DNA of 64,000 nucleotides from Neocallimastix sp. 'constans' (taxonomy: Eukaryota), in assembly GCA_050613775.1 (NCBI GenBank), contig JBODTK010000011.1, positions 868,001 through 932,000 on the forward strand, given 5' to 3'. The translations under genes and the position numbers were made by a program. This document shows, piece by piece, positions 56,847-64,000 of this stretch. Within the stretch, counting starts at the first letter, position 1, and each line of letters begins with the position of its first letter. Under the pieces are notes generated by a model that did no database searches, was not told the origin of the DNA, and saw only the letters and a program-made list of their open reading frames with translations.

Positions 56847-57784
56847 CGTTTGTTTTCGAAGTATTCCTGACGATTCTTTTTGATAATAGCATTAAGTTTT
56901 GGACATTCGGTTTGAAAATGACCTTCTTCACTACAAAAGAAACAGGTACTAACAGTTAAACCTTTTATTCTTTTAGTTAAGTTATCAACAGTTGAATCTT
57001 TTTCCTTTATTTTTGAATCATTAAATACTTTTCCTTTAGATTGATTGTTATTAAAATTTGATGATTTATAAGAATTGTTGAAATTTGTTCTAAAATTTTC
57101 GTTTATTTCTTGGTTAAAGGTAGGCATCAATCTATCTACTTTTTCAGCTATTGCAAATGCTTTCTTTAAAGAAATGTCATCCTTGAGTGAAACCTTTTTC
57201 CAGGCTTCTTTATTATTTTTCAAAGAATCAGCATAATCCAATACACTAATTCTTCTTTTCCTCTTTTTATCGAGTTTTAAATAGAGTGATCGATAGCGAA
57301 TGTTAAAATCTTTAACTTTTTCATACTTTTTAATTTTTAAGGAGCGAAGTTCCTTAAGCAAGACGTTTTGATCTTCTTTTTTTCCATAAAATATTTCTAA
57401 CTCATTAATAATTTCATCAAGACTTGGATAATGATTATCTTCTTCATCCTCGTTATCATCGTCATCATCGTCATCATCATCATCGTCATCGTCATCACTA
57501 TAGTTTTCGCCATATTCCATATTTTGAATTACTTCTCTTGGTTCACCAGTTGAAGTTAAGATACATGCAGTAAAAATAGTTTCTGGATCATCTACATGCT
57601 GATATCTGATCCAAAATTTTAAATCTGAAGCCCAAGATCTAATATCGAGATGTTCTTTGCTTAGTTTTTCTATGTCTTTTAATTCTTTCTTGAGTTCTCT
57701 AAAGCTAATAGCGTGATTTTTGTTTATAACAGTTGGAATTGGAACTGAAGGATTTGAAGTTGATGGAGAAGATCCTGAACTCAT
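56834..57784 (-). CDS. Ty3/gypsy Gag with C-terminal zinc knuckle
   Basis: ATG at 57784 (MSSGSSPS), an acidic tract, CFFCSEEGHFQTECP, and a position directly upstream of pol. Confidence 0.88.
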   Translation of the reverse strand: MSSGSSPSTSNPSVPIPTVINKNHAISFRELKKELKDIEKLSKEHLDIRSWASDLKFWIRYQHVDDPETIFTACILTSTGEPREVIQNMEYGENYSDDDDDDDDDDDDDDNEDEEDNHYPSLDEIINELEIFYGKKEDQNVLLKELRSLKIKKYEKVKDFNIRYRSLYLKLDKKRKRRISVLDYADSLKNNKEAWKKVSLKDDISLKKAFAIAEKVDRLMPTFNQEINENFRTNFNNSYKSSNFNNNQSKGKVFNDSKIKEKDSTVDNLTKRIKGLTVSTCFFCSEEGHFQTECPKLNAIIKKNRQEYFENKRLNH

Positions 57785-58746
57785 TTTAACTAATATTGAA
57801 AGTAACAGAATAAAATTGAGCAAAATGAATGTTTGAAAATAATTAATAAATAATATTGACTGAAGTAATATCAGATTTTTCTTGAAGTTAATAATTCTAG
57901 TATAAACTAAAGTCCAATGACAACCAAATATACTATTGAAGATATAAACTAGTGTTACACTGACCCCCAAATATATCTGAAAAGAATAATATATAGATAT
58001 AAACTAGTGTAGTGATAACCCCTAAATATATCGGAATAATAAACAGTATAGATATAAACTAGTGCTTTGTCTTGCCCCTAAATATATCTTGATAATTGTA
58101 TTGTTCTTTACTTTCAAAAAAAAAATTTTTAATGTAATGGAATCTTCGAATTAATGGTGTTGTTGTGTGCTTTTGTTATTATCAATTGGCAATATGGTAG
58201 GAAACTTTTTCTGAGTTGATCGTAAGACGACTTTGATATAACTCAATTAAAATTTAAAAATAAAAATATTATTTGTAAACAACTAAAAAAAAATAAAATA
58301 TGATTTATTAGAACAAAAAAAAAAATTTTTATGGAATAATATACATATAAAAAGAGCATTTCCTGGAATTTTCCATATCCAGTACTAAAAAGTAGGTATG
58401 TAGTGCTTGAATTACCACAGCTTGCCTATTACGGTGTCATGTAGTAATCAAACCAGACGCTTCTGCTTTCAAATAAACAGAACGACCAGAGCTCAAGAAT
58501 GACCTTTCAATTCTTGAGATAAATTAATCCGGAAACTACCTACTGTTGGAATTTTAGTACTAGGTATGCTTCTAAACCGTACTAAATCTCTTTTTATATT
58601 TTTCCAATAAATTTTATTTTATTAAAGCTTCACCGGTAATTGCTTACCTATCACTTTAATATTAAAAAAAAAATTAAAAAAAAAATTGTTTTATTAGAAA
58701 TATTACTATCCTATTATTGTTTACTCTATATTTACGATTATTAACT

Positions 58747-58764
58747 TCCCCGATATCTCCACCA
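58747..58764 (-). promoter_or_regulatory. Primer-binding site, probably tRNA-Ala
   Basis: Minus strand TGGTGGAGATATCGGGGA lies 7 nt inside the LTR end (TCAACA at 58772). The plus strand TCCCCGATATCTCCACCA resembles the 3' end of eukaryotic tRNA-Ala. Confidence 0.75.
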
Positions 58765-58771
58765 CTTTTTA

Positions 58772-60718
58772 TGTTGAGGTTCGGGACAGAATAATAATAA
58801 ATATAGAAATAAACACTAAAATAAAAAAAATTAAAAATTAAAATATATTTTTTTTTTTTTAAAATATTTTATTTATTTATTTAATAAAAATTATTCAATT
58901 AAAAACTAAAAATAAATTAATTTCTTTAATAAGATTATATTTTTTTTCTTCAGATTATTTTTCTAAAATACAATTTTCTCCTCTATTTATATTTTTTTTT
59001 TATCGTTAGAAATGGTCAAGCCATTTCTTTAGAATATCTTAGAGTTACATGTTTGAATTGTATTTAAATTATAAATTCATAATCTATTCTATTATAATAA
59101 ATAATTATTACATATTATTAAATTCTAAACTATTTATTATTAATTGTAGTAATAATATATTTTAAAAATAATTTTATTACTTTTACAGAACTATTAGTAA
59201 TAGAGTATTATTTAATTTTATACTATTTTTAAATAAAAGTATTTTAGATTATTATCTATTATTAATCTTATTATAAATAGGGTGTATTTTGGAAGGAAGT
59301 ATTACTAATTTTAATGACAAGGATCATGGATTTAAGTAAAAGATTTTTAAATCATTATTAATTATATTAATTTTTATTAATAATAAATAATCTGTATTAG
59401 TAATATTTGTAAAATAAAATTTTCTTTAATAATAAAATATTGATAGAATAAATCATATTAATAAAACTAGATATTGATAATAATATTGATATTAATAATA
59501 TAGTATTAATTTTAATAATAAAGTATTGATATTAATAAAGAATTTATATTAATAATAATAAATTTAATATTAGTAATAATTGGCAGTAATAGAACATAAG
59601 AAAGTTCCCCAAGTAAGGAAATAAATAATTTAATTTTAGTGGTTAAGTTATTTTTATGAAAAATAATAAAATTAACATTATTTGTTCATTCCTTAACAAA
59701 ATGTTGGTAGACTCGGGGTTGACACTTAGATATTTAAAATCAAGCAGGGGGGACGGGTATTACCCTGCTTTGATTTTAAATAAAAAAAAATAATTCTTTA
59801 TTAAAAGTTATTTATTTTTTTATTAATATAAAATTTTATTATTTAAAGTACACATATTTAATTTTTAAGAAATTGTTACAATATTTATATTTTTTTATAA
59901 ATTTAAAGTATAATTAATTGTTTATAATTTAAGTAATTTTATAGAATTATTGAATTAATTTTATATCAATAATTCATTTTTGTTTTAATTTTTATAAATA
60001 TAATAATATAATATTCAAATATAATTTAATTAAAAATAATTATAAAATAAATATATAGAAAATAGTTTTTACTATTTTCTTTGATATTTTTAAGTTAAAT
60101 AAATTGTTTTTAAAGATTAATATAATAAATTTAATAATCTTTAATTATTTTAAATAATACTTGTAATTATTTTCAAAAATAAAATAAAATTTTTATAATA
60201 TTTAATTAATAAATTTGATAATATTTAAATAATAAATTTTTATAATAATTAATAATTTTTAATAATAATTTTTAATAATAAATTTAATTAATAATCTTAA
60301 TAATTTTATAATAATATTTAATAGTTGTAATAAATAAATTTTTATAATAATATTTAATAATTTTAATAATTTTATAATATTAATAGTTTATAATAATTTT
60401 TATAATAATATTTAATTAATAATTTTAATAATTTTATAATAATTTTTATAATAATATTTAATTAATAGTTTTAATAGTTTAGTATCTTAAAAGTATAATT
60501 TTAATATTTACAATTGTATTTTAATATACATATATTTAATAATATAACAATAAAGTAATTAATTAAAATTTATTTACATTATTTACAAGTTAAAATTAAT
60601 TTATATTAAAATAAATTAAATTTTATTATTAAGTTTAGGTTATCAAGAATATAGGAAAGTACAATTTAGTAAAGAATTATTAATAATAAAATAAAGGTTA
60701 TTAATTCATTCTTTACCA
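58772..60718 (-). mobile_element. LTR sequence between two same-orientation gypsy bodies (one shared LTR or two abutting LTRs)
   Basis: Bounded by the PBS on one side and by PPT GAGGGGGCATCA plus TGGTAAAG at 60718 on the other. A possible internal CA|TG junction lies at 59326/59327. Confidence 0.7.
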
Positions 60719-63700
60719 TGATGCCCCCTCTAAAACTCAAGCTACATCGAAGCTGAGTTATACTTGACTATATTCTTCAAATGAACATTCCTATTCATTT
60801 GAATTCCAGAATTTGGATCAGCCAAGGTAACCGTATTAAATTGTTTTTTTATAACTTTAAGAGGACCAACAAAATAAGGTTCTAGTTTAGTTCTTGAAAA
60901 ATTTCTAACTAGAACTAAATCACCTTCCCTAATTCTTTTTCCTTCATTCAAACTATTCTTTTCCTCTCTTCTAGCAGCCCAATACTTATTTGCATTTTTA
61001 ACATTTTCGGCTGCTTCTAAAGTCCATCGGTAATGATTTATAAATTTTTCTAACAACACTTCATCCGATGACTTATTAATATCCTTGGTAGGTCTAGCAG
61101 CAATATCAAAAGGCTGCTGATCTTCCCTACCATAAACCAACTCAAAACTTGAATGTTTTGTTACCTTATTTTTGGTAGTTCTAAGAGCCCATAAGGCGGA
61201 TGGTAAAACTTCATCCCAATCCTTATTCTTAGAACCCAACAACCTCAATAACTTTCCGATCTCTTTATTACGGTTTTCCGTAAGTCCATTACTTTCTGGA
61301 TATTATGTGGAAATAAACTTCACATATACATCATAGAGATCTAAAAATATTTTCGTCATGTCCGAGGTGAACTGAACACCATTGTCAGTTGTTATTACCT
61401 GTGGAACACCATGACGAGCAAACACATTAATTAAGAACTTAATCACATCCTGTGATGTTATATTTTCCGTGGGTTCTGCTTCAACCCATTTGGTGAAGTA
61501 ATCCACCACAACCATTATATATTGATTATTATTTTTAGTTTTAATCAAAGGTCCAATAATATCTAAACCCAAATGTATAAAAGGACCTTCTACTTTAGTT
61601 GGAATATTTTCTGTAGGTTCTGGATATGGTTGTGACCTATTCAACTGACACTTGTCACAACTTTGCACCACTCTTTTAATATCCATCACCATATTATTCC
61701 AATAAAAACTTTTACGAAGCCTTTGATAAGTCTTATAATATCCCTCATGACCTATCTTATGGGCTTCTAAAATAAGTTTTACTCTTTCCGTTTGATCCGT
61801 AATTAATTTACGATAGTCATTACCATCAACAAAATAATCTTCACCATCTATCGTAACAAATTTTTCATTTATAAAGTCTTTAATAGTTTTAGAAAGCAAC
61901 TCTTCTTCTTCCTTTGAAGTTAACTTAGTTGCCAATACCACAGAATCATCTCTTTTCTTCATCCTAGATAATGCATCGGCTAACACATTTTTCTTACCCA
62001 TTTGATATTGAATTTCAACACCAAGGGTACTAACAGTTAAGCACCACCTTGCTTGCCTAGCATTATTAGGTTCCTTATTTTTAAAGAAACTGATTAAAGG
62101 TTTATGATCTGTTATTACTACTGTTTTATTAGGATTTCCTAATATATAAGATTTCAACTTAGTAATACAATAAATTAATGCAGCTCCTTCCAAGTCAGTA
62201 ATGCCATAATTTTTCTCGGCTTTACTTAAACTTCTACTTATATAATGAACTGGATGTTCCTTTTTGGTTTCTAAATCTTCTTGGAGTAATACTCCTCCAA
62301 TACCTTCATAGGAAGCATCCGTTCTAATTATAAACCTTTGATTAAAACTTGGATATTTTAAAATTGGAGCATTTATTAACTTTTCTTTTAACAGATCAAA
62401 ACTTTGTTGATGTTCATTATTCCATTTATATTTAACATTCTTTCTTAATAATTTACATAAAGGAGCAGAGATTTGAGCATATTTATCAATAAAGTTTCTA
62501 TAATATCCTACTGCTCCAAGAAAGATCGTAATTCATGAACATCAACAGGTGCTACCCACTCCTTGATAGCCTTAATTTTGCTATCCTGGAGACTTAAACC
62601 TTTCACTGATGCCTTATGACCTAAGACTTCTACTTCAGTCTGCATAAAGGCACATTTTTCAATGTTAATTTTCAATTTGTGTTGGCGAAATACTTCCAAC
62701 ACTTGCCTAATGTGGCTTATATGTTCTTCTATACTCTTAGAGTATATTAAAATATCATCTATAAAGTTAAAAACAAACTTTCCTATAAATGGGAAAAGAA
62801 TCCTATTCATTTCCCTTTGAAATGTAGCTGGGGCTCCGGTTAAACCAAAAGGCATAACCTTGAATTGGTAGTTACCAAATTTTGTGGTGAAGGTGGTAAT
62901 TTCTACGCTTTCCTCATCCATCAAAATTTGATGATAACCAGAGTAAAGATCCATTGTTGTAAAAATCTGTGCCCCATCTAAACTATCAAATATCTCATCA
63001 ATGTAAGGTAATGAATAAGAATCTTTAACTGTTAAATCATTAACCTTACGATAATCAATACATAATCGCCATTTACCGTTCTTCTTCGGTACTAACACTA
63101 TTGGCGATGACCATTCGGAACAAGAAGGTTCAATTAATTTCTTATTAATTAATTTAATTAATTCCTCCTTAAGTATATCCGACTTAAATTTAACTAATCT
63201 ATAGCACCTTTGCTTAACTGGTTTCGCACCAGGAATTAAATTAATCTTATGTGGAGGAAGATCAGAAGGTGTTAATTCTTCTGAAGAAGTAGCAACTATT
63301 TCTAAGTTCTCCTCCAGAATTTTAATTATTTCATCTTTATATTTTTCGTTTAAAGTATTTAGGAAAATTTCATGATGAATATATTGCTTTGGGGATAATC
63401 CTTCAATTTTCTTTAAATCATTCTTTTTGGAATCCTCATCCAAAGCCTTAATCATACACAACAACTTTTCTTCATCTTCATAATCATTATTAATAGGTGC
63501 AATAACGTCAATTACTCCCTCAGGAGTAATTTGACACAAACTATATAAAATGGGGTGGATAAACAAATTATAATCAATTTGGGTTTTTAAGTTAATTAGA
63601 ATATCGTAAAAAGGATCCTCCTTTTCTACTATTCTACAATTAACCATTAATACAAGATTATTAATCTTTACTGGCACCCGAATGATATAACCTTCCGAGT

Positions 63701-64000
63701 AATCATCATTCTTAGTTGCCAACCTAATTCTGCCACGACTAATATCAATAGGTTCATATTCGGACGGAAGCTTATCTAAAAATTGTTGAGTAATTATACT
63801 TAAATTACTACATGAATCAATTAAAGCCTTCCCCGAAACGCCTTCAACTGTAACATCAACCATGGCAATATCCTCTTCACATGGTTCGTTACCTTTACTT
63901 TTATAAGTGTGGTCTATGTTATTAACGACCACAGTCGTGGCTGACACATTATCCAACACCCCAGAGATATTAGATTTGTCCCTATCCAATTTAATACCCT
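60719..64000 (-). mobile_element. Ty3/gypsy pol pseudogene (PR-RT-RH-IN), related to 53040-56846, runs off the window end
   Basis: ALIDSCS, FIDDILIYS, DIIGP and EPYFVGP motifs. Frameshifts near 62515 (RSFL/GAVGYY) and 61303. Confidence 0.93.

Noticed and set aside
57785..57970. N-terminal extension of Gag given in the ORF track
   Set aside because: It starts at a non-ATG codon within the leader repeats; the ATG at 57784 is the more plausible start.
57895..58095. Mini-CRISPR interpretation of the 55-bp repeats
   Set aside because: Only three units with ~10-nt variable parts, in a retroelement leader; better explained as RNA hairpins.
58747..58764. tRNA gene
   Set aside because: Only the 3'-terminal 18 nt including CCA are present, next to an LTR, so this is a primer-binding site.

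Overview
Extremely AT-rich eukaryotic DNA with GT-AG introns, long homopolymers and microsatellites. Composition and gene content (CBM18 lectin, CE4 deacetylase) suggest an anaerobic gut fungus (Neocallimastigomycota); this is inference. The first ~35 kb holds a decayed Mutator-like transposase and six host genes: an ADF-H protein with a Pro-rich tail, an uncharacterised putative DNA-binding protein, a secreted 4xCBM18 protein, a GPI-anchored CE4 deacetylase, a ZNF277 homologue with a duplicated last exon, and an M13 peptidase homologue with an open frame but no HExxH motif. From ~36.2 kb to the end is a retrotransposon cluster: a broken Ty1/copia, ~10 kb of stacked solo or partial LTRs joined at ATCG-like sites, and four Ty3/gypsy bodies, two fused tail-to-tail in their integrases. 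The clearest hidden signal is a -1 frameshift cassette (UUUAAAU plus H-type pseudoknot) joining gag and pol. No CRISPR array, rRNA or tRNA gene, or prokaryote-type system is supported. Exon boundaries were read by eye.
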